From Chiloscyllium plagiosum (Eukaryota): a stretch of DNA of 56,453 nt. Under the pieces are notes generated by a model that was not told where the DNA came from, made no database searches, and saw only the letters and a list, made by a program, of their open reading frames with translations. The translations under genes were made by a program, and so were the position numbers. The DNA is taken from contig NC_057718.1 of assembly GCF_004010195.1 (NCBI RefSeq), positions 71,452,087 to 71,508,539 on the forward strand, given 5' to 3'. Shown here one piece after another: positions 35,903-48,845 of this stretch (position 1 is its first letter; every line of letters begins with the position of its first letter).

Positions 35903-36955
35903 TATATCCTTCTAAATCCTTCGTGTTCATATACCCATCCAGATGCCTTTTAAATGTTGCAATTATACCAGCCTCCACCACTTCCTCTGGCAGCTCATTG
36001 AGTGAAAATGTTGTCCCTTAGTTCCTTTTAAATCTTACCGCTCTCACCTTAACCCATGCCCTCTAGTTTTGGATTCCTTCATCCCAGGGAAAAAGACTGT
36101 CTATTTACCCAATTTATTCCCCTCATGATTTTACAAACCTCCATAAGGTCACCCCTCAGCCTCCAATGCTCCAAGGAAAACAGCCCTAGTATATTCAACC
36201 TCTCCCTATAGCTCAAATCCTCCAACCCTGGCAACATCCTTGTGAAACTTGAAAGGGTTCAGAAAAGATTTACAACATCCTTCCTATAGGAGGGAGACCA
36301 GAAGTAAACACATTATTCCAAAAGTTGCCAAACCAATGTTCTGTACAGCTGCAACACTGCCTACCAACTCCTATACTCTGACCAATAAGGCCTTCTTCAC
36401 GATCCTATCCACCCGTGATTCTACTGAAGGAACCGTGAACCTGCACTCCAAGGTGTCTTTATTCAGCAACACTCCCTAGGACCTTACCATTAAGTGTATA
36501 AGCCCTTCCAGATTTGCCTTTCCAAAATGCAGCATCTCATATTTATCTAAATTACATGCGATATCGGCCCATTAGATCAAGATCCCGTTGTACTCTGAGG
36601 TAACCTTCTTTGCTTTCCACCACACCTCCAATTTTGGTATCATCTGCTAACTTACCTCCATGTTCACATCCAAATCATATAAATGAAGAAAAACAGTGGA
36701 CCCAACACCAATCCTTGTGGCATACCACTGGTCACAGGGCTCCAGTCTGAAACACAACCTTCCACCACCATACCCTGTCTTCTACTTTCCAGCCAGTTCT
36801 GTATCCAAGTGCCCCTGTATTCCATGTAATCTAATCTTGTTAACTAATTTACCATGAGGAAATCTGTCAAATGCCTTAGTGAAGTCTAAAAATATCATAT
36901 TCACCATTCTACCCTCACTAATCCTCTTCATTACTTCAAAACAAAACTCAAGTTG
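35903..36955 (-). mobile_element. Degraded CR1 3' part
   Basis: Colinear with 38565-39670. Confidence 0.88.
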
Positions 36956-37669
36956 ATGACATTAAGGATTTTGCAATTCTTCAGTTACTTGGCTTGAACT
37001 TCCAAAAGTTGGACAGAGATAGGGTGGAGATTGAAAGCTTGACCACTTCCAGAAATATTCTGGAAGTGCAGAGGGGCCTGGGTTAGACTCCATCTCTGGC
37101 TGCATGTCTCCAGGCACCACCCAATGTCCCTGTGAGAACTGCAGTCCAGGTACCCTGTTAAAAAGGCTCTTTGCCATGTGGATGAATTAGTGAGGTAAAA
37201 TGCAGGTGTGTGAAACTCTTGACTAGCCCTTTGGGGTCTAGCTTGCCATGGCAGCTGTCAAACTGTTCATTGAGGCATCCAGATGATTTTCACAGAATTC
37301 ATTGCACTTATGCAATTTGAGTAATGAGGGCCATTGCATTCCATATGCTTGTCTGCTACTGGTGCTGCTCTTTCCTGTGCATTTGATCGAAATCCCTGAT
37401 TGCAAACACAGCTCTATAGGGTGAGCAGGTGGCAGGTCTCCAGCAGTCCTTTGAAGGCCAGTTGTCTGGACTATTTCTTCCTCAGCCAGGTACAGAGCTC
37501 TCACTGGGAGGTGCTCAACATAGGACTTGTCGGTTTGCAGGAGGCGCTTTTGCTAATGTTTTTTCTGAAGCCTCCAACCCCTCCTTCTCAGAAGTTGACA
37601 GTAGGGGTAATAGAGCTCTACAAAAGGAAAAAGACCTTTTGGCCTGGCACAACAGCACCAATTGGAAAT

Positions 37670-38110
37670 AACAATCTATTCTAATCTCATTTTCCAGCAC
37701 TTGGCCCAAAGCTTCGTATGCCTTGGCATCACAACTGTACACCTAAATAATAGCAAGAGTTTGTCTCTACCACAATTACAGACAGCAAGTTCCAGATTCG
37801 TCCCACCTTTGGGTTAAAAAAAACTTTTCCTCACATCTCTAAACCTTCTGCTCCTTACCTCAAGTCTATGCCTTCTTTATCATTGATACGTTCACTAAGG
37901 GGGAAGGTTTCTTTCTGTCTATAACCCTCAATTTTATACCTAGCAATCACCTCTCCTCTTACTATCTCCTATTCTAAAGGAAAACAATCCCAAACACTCT
38001 TCATGACTGAAACACTCCAGCTCAGGCAGCATCCTTGCAAATCTCCTCTGCACCCTTTTCAGTGCTATCACATCACTCTTATAATGGATTCCAGAATTAC
38101 ACACAATTGT
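37670..38110 (-). mobile_element. Old CR1/L2-type 3' fragment
   Basis: DVIALKRVQRRFARMLPEL...LGLFSF. Confidence 0.75.
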
Positions 38111-38438
38111 CTTGCTATGACTGTTAGGTTCCCTTCTTGAGATTCTTACAAGTTTGATGCAACTGCAATATGCCAACTTCTGTGAACAGCCACAATTTAA
38201 GTGATCCTCCAAAAGCTTGTACTTGCTTAACACTCTTCATGATTTTTGTGGAGCGTGTCAAGCGAGGCTCCTCGGACAAGGGAACTGTCCTTCCTTTATA
38301 TAGGGTTTTATATCACAGTCATGCACACAAGACAACTCCTTGCCGTTCCCCCAAAGTCACTTGTCACCCAAAAACAATGTAAAGTGATTAGTCTGTTTCT
38401 GGAAACAATGTGTGATGAGGTTATTCCTTAAACTGCAG

Positions 38439-41188
38439 CATAGAGTCATCGAGATGTACAGCATGGAAACAGACCTTTCGGTCCAACCAGTCCATGCCGA
38501 CCAGATATCCCAACCCAATCTAGTCCCACCCGCCAGCACCCGGCCCATATCCCTCCAAATCCTTCATATTCATATACCCATGCAAATGCCTCTTAAATGT
38601 TGCAATTGTACCAGCCTCCACCACATCCTCTGGCAACTCATCCCATACACGTACCACCCTCCTGTGTGAAAAAGTTGCCCCTTAGGTCTCTTTTATATTT
38701 TTCCCCTCTCACCCTAAACCTATGCCCTCTAGTTCTGGACTCCCCGACCCCAGGGAAAAGACTTTGTCTATTCATCCTAGCCATGCCCCTCATAATTTTG
38801 TAAACCTCTATAAAGTCACCCCTCAGCCTCCGATGCTCTAGGGAAAACAGCCCCTGTTCAGCCTCTCCTGATAGCTCAAATCCTCCAACCCTGGCAACAT
38901 CCTTGTAAATCTTTTCTGAACCTTTTCAAGTTTTGCAACATCTTTCCGATTGGAAGGAGACCAGAATTGCACGTAATATTCCAACAGTGGCCTAACCAAT
39001 GTCCTGTACAGCCGCAACATGACCTCCCAACTCCTGTACTCAATACTCTGACCAATAAAGGAAAGCATACCAAACGCCACCTTCACTATCCTATCTACCT
39101 GCGACTCCACTTTCAAGGAGCTACAAATCTGCACTCCAAGGTCTCTTTGTTCAGCAACACTCCCTAGGGCCTTACCATTAAGAGTATAAGTCCTGCTAAG
39201 ATTTGCTTTCCCAAAATGTAGCACCTCGCATTTATCTAAATTAAACTCCATCTGCCACTTCTCAGCACATTGGGCCACCTGGTCCAGATCCTGTTGTAAT
39301 CCGAGGTAACCCTCTTCGCTGTCCACTACATCTCCAATTTTGGTGTCATCTGCAAACTTACTAACTGTACCTTTTATGCTCGCACCCAAATCATTTATGT
39401 AAATGACAAAAAGTAGAGGACCCAGCACCGATCCTTGTGGCACTCCACTGGTCACAGGCCTCCAGTCTGAAAAGCAACCCTCCACCTCCTCCACCACCAT
39501 CACCTTTGAGCCAGTTTTGTATCCACGAGATCTAACCTTTAGTCCATGAGATCTAACCTTGCTTATCAGTCTCCCATGGGGAACCTTGTCGAACGCCTTA
39601 CTGAAGTCCATATAGATCACATCTGCTGTTCTGCCCTCATCAATCACCTTTGTTACTTCTTCAAAAAACTCAATCAAATTTGTGAGACATGATTTCCCAC
39701 ACACAAATCCATGTTGACTATCCCTAATCAGTCCTTGCCTTTCCAAATACATGTACATCCTGTCCCTCAGGATTCCCTCCAACAACTTGCCCACCACTGA
39801 GGTCAGGCTCACCGGTCTATAGTTCCCTGGCTTGTCTTTACAGCCCTTCTTAAACAGTGGCACCACGTTTGCCAACCTCCAGTCTTCCGGCACCTCACCT
39901 GTCACTATCGATTATACAAATATCTCAACAAGAGGCCCAGCATCACTTCTCTAGCTTCCCACAGAGTTCTTGGGTACATCTGATCAGGTCCTGGGGATTT
40001 ATCCACCTTTAACCTTTTCAAGACACCTAGCACTTCCTTGTCTGTAATCTGGTCATTTTGCAAGATGTCACCATCTATTTCTCTCCAGTCTATATATTCC
40101 ATATCCATTTCTACAGTAAATACTGATGCAAAATATTCATTTAGTATCTCCCCCATTTTCTGCAGCTCCACACAAAGGCTGCCTTGCTGATCTTTGAGGG
40201 GCCCTATTCTGTCCCCAGTTACCCTTTTGTCCTTAATATATTTGTAAAAACCCTTTTTTCCTTAATTCTATTTGCCAACGCTATCTCATGTCCCCTTTTT
40301 GCTCTCCTGATTTCCCTCTTAAGTATACTCCTACTTTCTTTATACTCTTCTAAGGATTCACTCAATCTATCCTGTCTATACCTGACATATGCTTCCTTCT
40401 TTTTCTTAACCAAACCCTCAATTTCTTTAGTCATCCAGCATTCCCTATACCTACCAGCCTTCCCTTTCACCCTGACAGGAATATACTTTCTCTGGATTCT
40501 TGTTATCTCATTTTTGAAGGCTTCCCCATTTTCCAGCCGTCCCTTTACCTGCGAACATCTGCCTCCAATCAGCTTTCGAAAGTTCTTGCCTAATACCGTC
40601 AAAATTGGCCTTTCTTCAATTTAGAACTTCAACTTTTAGATCTGGTCTATCCTTTTCCATCACGATTTTAAAACGAATAGAATAATGGTCGCTGGCCCCA
40701 AAATGCTCCCCCACTGACACCACAGTCACCTGCCCTGCCTTAATTCCCAAAATTAGGTCAAGTTTTGCACCATCCACATACCGAATCAGAAAATTGTCTT
40801 GTACACACTTAAGAAATTCCTCTCCATCTAAACCCTTGACACTATGGCAGTCCCAGTTGATGTTTGGAAAGTTAAAATCCCCAACCATAACTACCCTATT
40901 ATTCTTCCAGATAGCTGTGATCTCCTTACAAGTTTGTTCCTCAATTTCCCTCTGACTATTAGGGAGTCTATAATACAATCCCAATAAGGTGATCATCCCT
41001 TTCTTATTTCAGTTCCACCCAAATAACATCCCTGGATGTATTTCCGGGAATATCCTCCCTCAGCACAGCTGTAATGCTATCCCTTATCAAAAATGCCACT
41101 CCCCCTCCTCTCTTGCCTCCCTTTCTATCCTTCCTTAGCATTTGTATCCTGGAACATTAAGCTGCCAGTCCTGCCCATCCCTGAGCCA
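38439..41188 (-). mobile_element. Relatively young CR1 (EN-RT), 5'-truncated; 355-aa RT ORF at 38838-39905
   Basis: Full set of RT motifs (QHGF, DFSKAFD, PQGSVLGP, KFADD) and 3' tail. Confidence 0.95.
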
Positions 41189-43569
41189 TCATTTACAGAA
41201 TATGATTAGATTGTCACATCTTGCCTGCAAAACAGAAAACAAACACACCTCCCTGGGTGATCCAATTTCTTACATGCCAGTAGAACAAATTAACCCTTTA
41301 ACATCTCATTCCCTCCCCCAACAATATGCACATGATAAGGGGCATAACAGGACAAAATAACTAAAAATATAAAAACTCCACAAAAGGTCACGAAATTCTT
41401 AGAAGAGGTGGAGATGATGACCCCTTTTTCTAACTAATGATCTTTCGGTCTTGACACTCAGCTCACCCCAGCACCCCACTGTTTGGAAAAGCGCCTTTGG
41501 CAACTTACAAGAGGCTAAATACAGTTGTGACTTGAATGACTTCATTCATTCCCATTACAAATGAAAATGGGCACATGGTACTTCTACCTTCCTCTACTCT
41601 GCCTGGTGGTCACCTATGCTCTGCCTGTTCAATCCGTACCTGTGGTGTGACCACCTCACTGAATGTGCGATCCATAATCTGCTTAGAATCACGGATGCTC
41701 CAAAATGCACTTCATCAGTAGCTGCAGTTGGGCATTCTTCCGCACATGTTTTTACCAGGCAACTGAAACTTCAGTGATTTGCCACATTATCGGAGGAGGA
41801 TATCACAGATGTGAGCTCTGCTGCCATGACTCCTTTTAAGCACCTTTACAACTCTCTTTTCTAGTAAGAATGTAAGAATACTGCTAACTTCTTTTGAACT
41901 AGCTGTACTTACCCTACTTTGCTTACTTATAGTTCTTTATTATATTGGGCCTGACTTTCAGTTGTTCCTGTTGTTTCTCATTTAATTTTTATTCTTCTAA
42001 AAATCACAACCGAATGAATACACCACCAGTGATGTCATTGGGAAAACAACAAGCAGACCGCTGAAGCTGCAGCTATTAAACTAGGACTCCTTTCTCTCAG
42101 TTGAAGCTGAAGAATATAGTCCTGCATACCTTAAAACCTGAAAAAGGATTCACAAGCTTTGATAACAAAAAAGGTATTGGGAAGGAAACGAATGCAGTGG
42201 GAAAACTCGCAAAGCCCTACAGCAAAAAAAAACCCTTCAAAAGCTCAAAGCAACCTGGACTTAAAAAGACTCAGCCCATAATCTACCAAGGCAGATTCTA
42301 TTCTGGAAAATGACTTGTCCAATATTAGTGGAAAGAAACTAGAATTAACATGGGAGTGGGGTCACAATCTGACGGTGCTGAACTCAATATTAAGTCCAGG
42401 AGGTTGTAAATTGCCCAGCCGAAAGGAGGAGATTCGTTCCTCCAGCTTGTGTTGTGATTTGCTGGATCTGCAAATTCCAGTTCATGGTTTTCAAGAAAAG
42501 GTATTTACGTGAAATGTGTTATGAAACATCTTTATACCTTTTAAGTTGATAAATAGAGTTCAATTAAATGTCGGGATCAGCCAATGGCATTGAATCACAA
42601 ACCAAAACAAATAATGTTAAGTTGTACATTCACAATGTGAAAATTTTGCAAAGTAAGGCACTGAATTTTATAAACCAAAATACAGAAGGATATTGCTACA
42701 GACAAGTGATTACAGGATTTACAGCTTAAAGTTCTGAAAAGTAAATCAGATGAAATGTTGAAATGAGAACAAAAGAACGGACAGGTCCTTTGGTAAAATT
42801 AAATTCTAACTTCTTCCACTGCAAGGTATGTGCACAGGGTGAGAAAACAGACAATTGAACGCTGACCAAATCATATCCGCGCAAGAGAAAAAAGAACGTG
42901 CATCTCATGATTATAGTGGGATCAGAAACAAATAACACATTCAATCTTCCTCAGTCACAGACCTTAAGACAAAAAAAAGGTAATATAATACTGACAACAA
43001 GTATAAAAGAAACAAACTCATCGAGCAAAAACCTAAGATGTGGAACAGATCAATACCATTATTAAACAATAACTTTTTTACTTGGAGGTACAAAGCTTAA
43101 TGCTGGAAAAAGGACACATGTTGCGAACTGTTTCATCACTAAACAACGGGATACAATCATTAGAATACCATGTCACAAAGAAAACAACAAGTTACACTGC
43201 AAGAGGAAAGGATACTGAATGGTTGGCAAATAATTGTTATGCCATGGAGAATGTACCAAGAACAATTATTTGCAGAGCTTGTAAAATGCAAACAAGGCAA
43301 GCCTTACACAATCATGAGCAATTGCCAATCAATCAGCACTATTCGCCTGCAGTAAAAATTGTAGCGCCCTTTAATATTCTCATGATTCTGTCCTGATGGG
43401 AGCAAGACAAAAAAAAGCTTTGTTGAAAGAACCCTTTCTCAGCAGTGACGATATTTAAAGGCCATTATTCCACTCCTGCAAGTAGTACAGATTTTGAAAA
43501 AAACATCTTGCAGTATTCCTCTCTGGTTAGCTAATTCATAAGTTGAATCACAGATCTTGTATACAGTTA

Positions 43570-43695
43570 AATTCAAAAAGCAGATGCTAGAAATCACAAT
43601 GACACATAAATTGCGGAAAGTGCTTAACAGGTCTGGCAGAACGTGTTGGAGAAACGCAAATTAACATCTTGGGTCCAGTTATCCATCCTCAAGAC
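43570..43695 (-). mobile_element. Degenerate Penelope pLTR remnant about 40 bp from the SOD2 exon 2 donor
   Basis: gcagatgctagaaatc...caggtctggcag...ttaacatcttgggtccag resembles other pLTR arms. Confidence 0.5.
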
Positions 43696-43732
43696 AGATC
43701 AGCAAATTTCTGTTTTTGTTGCATATGCTTAC

Positions 43733-43935
43733 CTTTGGCCAAAGCCTCAGCATACTGCTCTTCTGTGATATTTAAGTTATTAACATAGGTAGCATGATGC
43801 TTGTTATGGTGCAGCTGCATTATTTCCGCACTAATGTGTGGCTCCAATGCACCATAGTCAAAAGGAAGATCAGGCAGTGTGTGTTTTTGTCTGGAGGCTA
43901 AACAATGAAAAGCTGTAGAAATTTTGGAGAAACAT
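43733..43935 (-). CDS. SOD2: SOD2 exon 2
   Basis: tgcag|A TGT...GCC AAA G|gtaag: (R)[67 protein letters not shown](G), 203 bp. Confidence 0.97.
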
Positions 43936-44021
43936 CTGCATGAAAAAGACAAGTGAAAGTTAGCCAAAATAAAAACAGATTTTCAATGCATGTTAAATTT
44001 TGAAACCATTGACAGTTATGG

Positions 44022-44521
44022 NNNNNNNNNNNNNNNNNNNNNNNNNNNNNNNNNNNNNNNNNNNNNNNNNNNNNNNNNNNNNNNNNNNNNNNNNNNNNNN
44101 NNNNNNNNNNNNNNNNNNNNNNNNNNNNNNNNNNNNNNNNNNNNNNNNNNNNNNNNNNNNNNNNNNNNNNNNNNNNNNNNNNNNNNNNNNNNNNNNNNNN
44201 NNNNNNNNNNNNNNNNNNNNNNNNNNNNNNNNNNNNNNNNNNNNNNNNNNNNNNNNNNNNNNNNNNNNNNNNNNNNNNNNNNNNNNNNNNNNNNNNNNNN
44301 NNNNNNNNNNNNNNNNNNNNNNNNNNNNNNNNNNNNNNNNNNNNNNNNNNNNNNNNNNNNNNNNNNNNNNNNNNNNNNNNNNNNNNNNNNNNNNNNNNNN
44401 NNNNNNNNNNNNNNNNNNNNNNNNNNNNNNNNNNNNNNNNNNNNNNNNNNNNNNNNNNNNNNNNNNNNNNNNNNNNNNNNNNNNNNNNNNNNNNNNNNNN
44501 NNNNNNNNNNNNNNNNNNNNN
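44022..44521. other. Assembly gap (500 N) in SOD2 intron 1
   Basis: Run of N. Confidence 1.
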
Positions 44522-44673
44522 AGGGGGACGGGTTTGTAGGGGAGAGAAAATGGGCCTTCGGATGGTTTTGGGGGTGAACGAGTCAGTGTGCGAAAAGTGT
44601 TTGAATCGGCTTCCCGAAGGCTTTATCCAATATGAACATGATTGTTTAGGAGAGTAACAAATGTCGCACTCAC

Positions 44674-44702
44674 CTTTGAAGATGACTGAGCTTGTTTAAC
44701 AT
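44674..44702 (-). CDS. SOD2: SOD2 exon 1 coding part (start of mitochondrial transit peptide)
   Basis: ATG TTA AAC AAG CTC AGT CAT CTT CAA AG|gtgagt = MLNKLSHLQ(R). Phase 2 joins exon 2 in frame, giving a 26-aa acid-free presequence before KHTLP. Confidence 0.85.
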
Positions 44703-44788
44703 ATTCAGACTTTAGTGAATACTGGAGAATGTTGAAAGACAAGCACAACACTTGATTCAATGCTTGTAATTATGCAACCCAACGTCCT

Positions 44789-44801
44789 TGACCTTTGAAC
44801 T
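44789..44801 (-). promoter_or_regulatory. Nuclear-receptor DR1 element AGTTCA-A-AGGTCA in SOD2 proximal promoter/5'UTR
   Basis: Consensus DR1 (also contains AAAGGTCA) 87 bp upstream of the ATG. Minus-strand CCAAT motifs lie at about 44838-44850. Confidence 0.5.
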
Positions 44802-44989
44802 CAGATCCAACCATTTCTGTTTTGAGTTGAACTTTTTATTGGAAATTGGTTGTGAATTCAGAAATTACCGCAAAAATAAGACAAATGTTTGTCTTGGAAT
44901 ATTTATTCTTTAAAATTTCACAAGCATTAATCTCGATATTCCGTCCGTTTTGAGATTTTTCTGCAGGACATAAACTTAAGTGGCTCTTT

Positions 44990-45900
44990 CTCCAACCCAA
45001 AGGTAAAAGGTTTATTTTTGTTGTGCGGTTGCGTGTGTTACTCCGCTTACAATCCCACTACTGAGTTTTGAAGTACGTGTTTCCTTCCCGTAACGCATCT
45101 TAGATTTCTTGACGTGATAACGGCCGTGGTGGTGGCTTCTGCTAGGTTGCTTTGAATTTTACCCAGCGTAAGTAAGCATTCAGTGCTTTCAATGCGGCGG
45201 TGTTTGATTTTTCGAGGAAGTCTGGTGAGTGAGCTGGCTGGCTTGTGGGCGCGGCTGTACGTAAGCACACGTCGGTCAGATTCAGAGCTAGTAGGCCGGA
45301 GACTGGCGGCGCCATTTTATGTAGAATTTTCTATTCTCCCAAACAACGAATTAGGTCAGAAAAAGGGATACATCTCTGAAGAGCTGGTCATCCAGGCCCC
45401 ACCTCACACCCGGGGCCTTGCAGTCAGGCTCACGGTTTGTGTTTTTGTGCATAACATTTTAATTAGTATCTGCAGTTTCTAAAACTGGCGGTAGTAAGTG
45501 TTTTCCCTTGTTATACGCGTGCACTTATTTTAAATGACACTGAGCACGTTTTTTTGCTTGTACTGCTTAAAAAAAAAGCTCGAACCAGATAATGCATGCC
45601 GACCCCTTTTAATTAGGTCATCCGATAGGATGAGCTTGTTTGTAAGGCGGTAAGTTGTTGGGCCTACTAGATTTTACAGTCGCGGAAATGGAATCGTTTA
45701 GGATGGGATTTAATCGTGATTCCTCACAAAAATGAAAGGATTGGGCTTGTGTTACGAACGGTCGGAAGCTGTTTCCATGCTGTAGAACGGAAGCCGCCTT
45801 TTATGTGCGAAATGAACTAAAGGATTTCTTTCCCCCAAATCGACACTTATCGATTGTCACGGCGGTGATTGAGTAGACATGTTTTGTCTGAGATTTGAAG
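44990..45900. promoter_or_regulatory. CpG-rich promoter region, probably bidirectional; candidate non-coding first exon(s) of a plus-strand gene
   Basis: CpG density well above the flanks and repeat-free. TGACGT at about 45110, YY1-like GCGCCATTTT at about 45309-45318, and plus-strand donors GTAAGT (45168) and CTG|GTGAGT (45225). Confidence 0.6.
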
Positions 45901-46584
45901 ACGTTGAGAATTTCTTGGGATAACTGATTCTACTTTTGAGCTATAGAGTTATTTTGTATAAATTTACCTTTGCGTAGATAGTATTTATATAAAAAATCTT
46001 GCTCATTAAAGTCTATGTCACCTTTATGCTACGGAAAGTGGCTGGTATTTTAGGCTATTTTTCGTCAAAAGTTGAAATAAAGTAGAATGAAAAGCTTTGA
46101 TCACTGCAATATTCATTGCTGCAGTGTGCCTTTTGTTTCAATTCCCTTCTGAATACACTTTGTATTTAGTTGATCACAACTGAGAAAGGAAAACAAACTT
46201 TACAAAGTGGGCACAAAATAAATTTGTTGCAAGATTGTTGTCACGTAAGAACGTTTGAGAAAATCATGAAAGTTGGGTTTTGTGATGTTCAGTTGCACTC
46301 CAGTTTGAAATCAGTGTTTGGTCAAAATTCAATAAGAAAATCTAACCACTTGTGGTCATCAAGATATTCATCTGAAATTGTTTCATCACAAATTGTTGAA
46401 TGAGTTTCTTTGTAAACTGCCTCAGTTTTTCTTAAAATCACATCCTAATAGATGATGATACCAGGATTGTGGGATACATACTTAAGGTTTGGGCATGGGA
46501 TGAAGAATTGTTTTGCAAGATAGATTAGGCTACTTTCTGGATAGTCTGAAGTTGGATGTCTTGATGGTTCAATGGATAGATCTT

Positions 46585-47202
46585 AAAAATGCACCAAACT
46601 AGTGCAGAAAATAATCAAAAAGGCTAATGGAATTAAAGGCAAATTTATGCCTCGATGACTTTAATGTAAACACTCATTCGTTATGCTGAGCGGTAGAAAA
46701 CACTGATTAGGCCCCATTTGGAGTACTGAGATCTGGAAACAAGGGATTTATTGGCACTGGGAGAGTACAGTATAGTTTTACAAGAATGATGCCTGGACTT
46801 CAGGGGTAAAGTTATGAGGAGAGATTAGGGCTGTTTTCTCCAGAATTTACAAGATTACATGGTGATCTGATTGAAGTCTTCAAGGTATGAATAGGAAAAG
46901 ACAGAGTAGGCAACAATAAATTTTTGGACTGCTTGGAGTTTCTTGAATTGGGGCCAGACAATTCAGGAAAGATGTTAGGAAGCACTTACATGCACAATGG
47001 GTGATGGAGGTTTGGGACTCTCTTCCACAAATGGCAGTGAAGCTCGATCATTTACCTTTAAATCTGAGACATTTTGTTCAGCAAAGGTATTGAGATATGG
47101 ACCAAAAACAGATTTATGCAGTTGGAGTTAAGCCACAGATAGCCATTAACTTGTTGAAAGGCAGAAGACACTTGGGGCTGAATGGCCTGTTCCTGTCTCT
47201 AT
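46585..47202 (+). mobile_element. Old CR1/L2-type 3' fragment
   Basis: ttacaagaatgatgcc...gatctgattgaagtcttcaag...gctgaatggcctgttcctgt tail. Confidence 0.75.
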
Positions 47203-48118
47203 GTACTTTCTGTCTACACAGGTGGTAGAAGAGGAGACAATGGCTCCAAAAGGACATTGAATAGCCCTTTGAGTGAAATAAGCTTAAGGACATACGAGGA
47301 CAGATTAGGATCTTGGACTGATCAGATTCGTCTTGATGAGCTTGACTGGCCTCGCTTCTGTGCATAAGGATGTGTACTTGTGTGTCAACAGGTTGTAATG
47401 ACGTTACAAACTAAACTCAAGAATTTAGAGCTGGCATTTCACATGATAATGTCAATTTTTAATAACAGCGTTGGTTCTAATGGTACTGCAAGAACATAAT
47501 TAGGCTTAAGTGAGCAGTTGAAGTGGGGAGCATGTTGTTCTTATATGTTTATAAGTATTATTAACCATTTTTTCTCTAAATCAAATCTCCTTTGGAGAGG
47601 ATGACAACAAATCCATCTCATGGGTTGCATGAATGATGGTGAAATTCATTTGAGATGCGAAACTCCAGAATTTTCTGCGCTCAGATAGTCCACAGATTGA
47701 AAATTAAGTCTGAAATCTAATAATCTCAGTGCCGTACTGTTGTGTATCATTGACCAGTGTTTCTCAAGAAATAATGTACATTCATGAATCCAAATTACTC
47801 ATCAGTAAAAGTACCCTTCATATTTTCAATGTGGTTCTTGCCCCACTTGGCGAAGAAACCAACCGTAGTTAAAAAGCTCAAACTCTGTCCGAAAACTCTA
47901 TTGAACTACAAATTCTTGGATCTGTATCTTTCACTATCCAACTCCTAGCAAAATGATTCCCTCCTGTTTGCATCTTCTCAGTAGGCATTTCTCCTGGTAA
48001 TAAGCTGATGTGTTTAACAGTTTACGTAGATAGGTGATTTCATCTGCTTATGTTTTTATACATACTTTATTGCACTAATGTAGATGTTTCCTGTCTTATT
48101 CACATTTCAATGCTGCTG

Positions 48119-48845
48119 GCTATAGTTTGAAGTAGACCGGCAGGAGGCTGGAAGAACACAGCAAGCCACGAAGCATCAGGAGGTGCAGAAATCGATGTTT
48201 TGGGTGTAACCCTTCAGGACTGGGGGTGGTGTGGGGGGGAGATAAAGTGGGAGGCGGAGGCAGGGTGTTGAAGTGACCCAGGTTGGGCTAACAAGTCAAA
48301 AGGTGTGGTGCTGGAAAAGCACAGCCGGTCAGGCAGCATCCGAGGAGCAGGAGCAGGACGCTGTCTGAGACTGTGCTTTTCCAACACCACACATTTTGAC
48401 TCTAATCTCCAGCATCTGCAGTCCTCACTTTCGCCTTGATTAGAAACAAAAAAAATGCAGATGTTGGAATCCAAAGTAGACAAGCAGGAGGCTGGAAGAA
48501 CACAGCAAGCCAGGCAGCTTCAGGAGGTGGAGAAATCGATGTTTTGGGTGTAACCCTTCAGGACTGGGGGTGGTGTGGGGGGGAGATAAAGTGGGAGGCG
48601 GAGGCAGGGTGTTGAAGTGGGGATAGGTGAAGACAAGTAGAGGGTACAACATGGTTGGTTGATGGGGGAATGAATCCAGTTGTTGGCAGGGAGCTGTGGA
48701 AGGGAGGCGGATGGGGAAGGAAGTTATTTGAAATTGGAGAACTCAAAGTTGAGTCCTCCAGGCTGTAGGGTGCCCAGGTGGAAGTTAAGGTGTTGTTCTT
48801 CCAACAGGAGCTGTGGTTTGTTTTGGCAATGGAGGAAGCCAAGGC
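48119..48845 (-). mobile_element. Tandem Penelope pLTR copies (about 48132-48276 and 48473-48618) with a fold-back element between (about 48294-48438)
   Basis: About 145-bp near-identical direct repeats with a degenerate CTGA..GGG TTAC ACCC AAAAC motif on the minus strand. Confidence 0.75.

Noticed and set aside
43689..43967. ORF-track start and end for the SOD2-like peptide
   Set aside because: [10 protein letters not shown] and [13 protein letters not shown] are intronic read-through; the exon is 43733-43935.
43990..44577. 195-aa and 179-aa ORFs
   Set aside because: Artefacts of the N gap.
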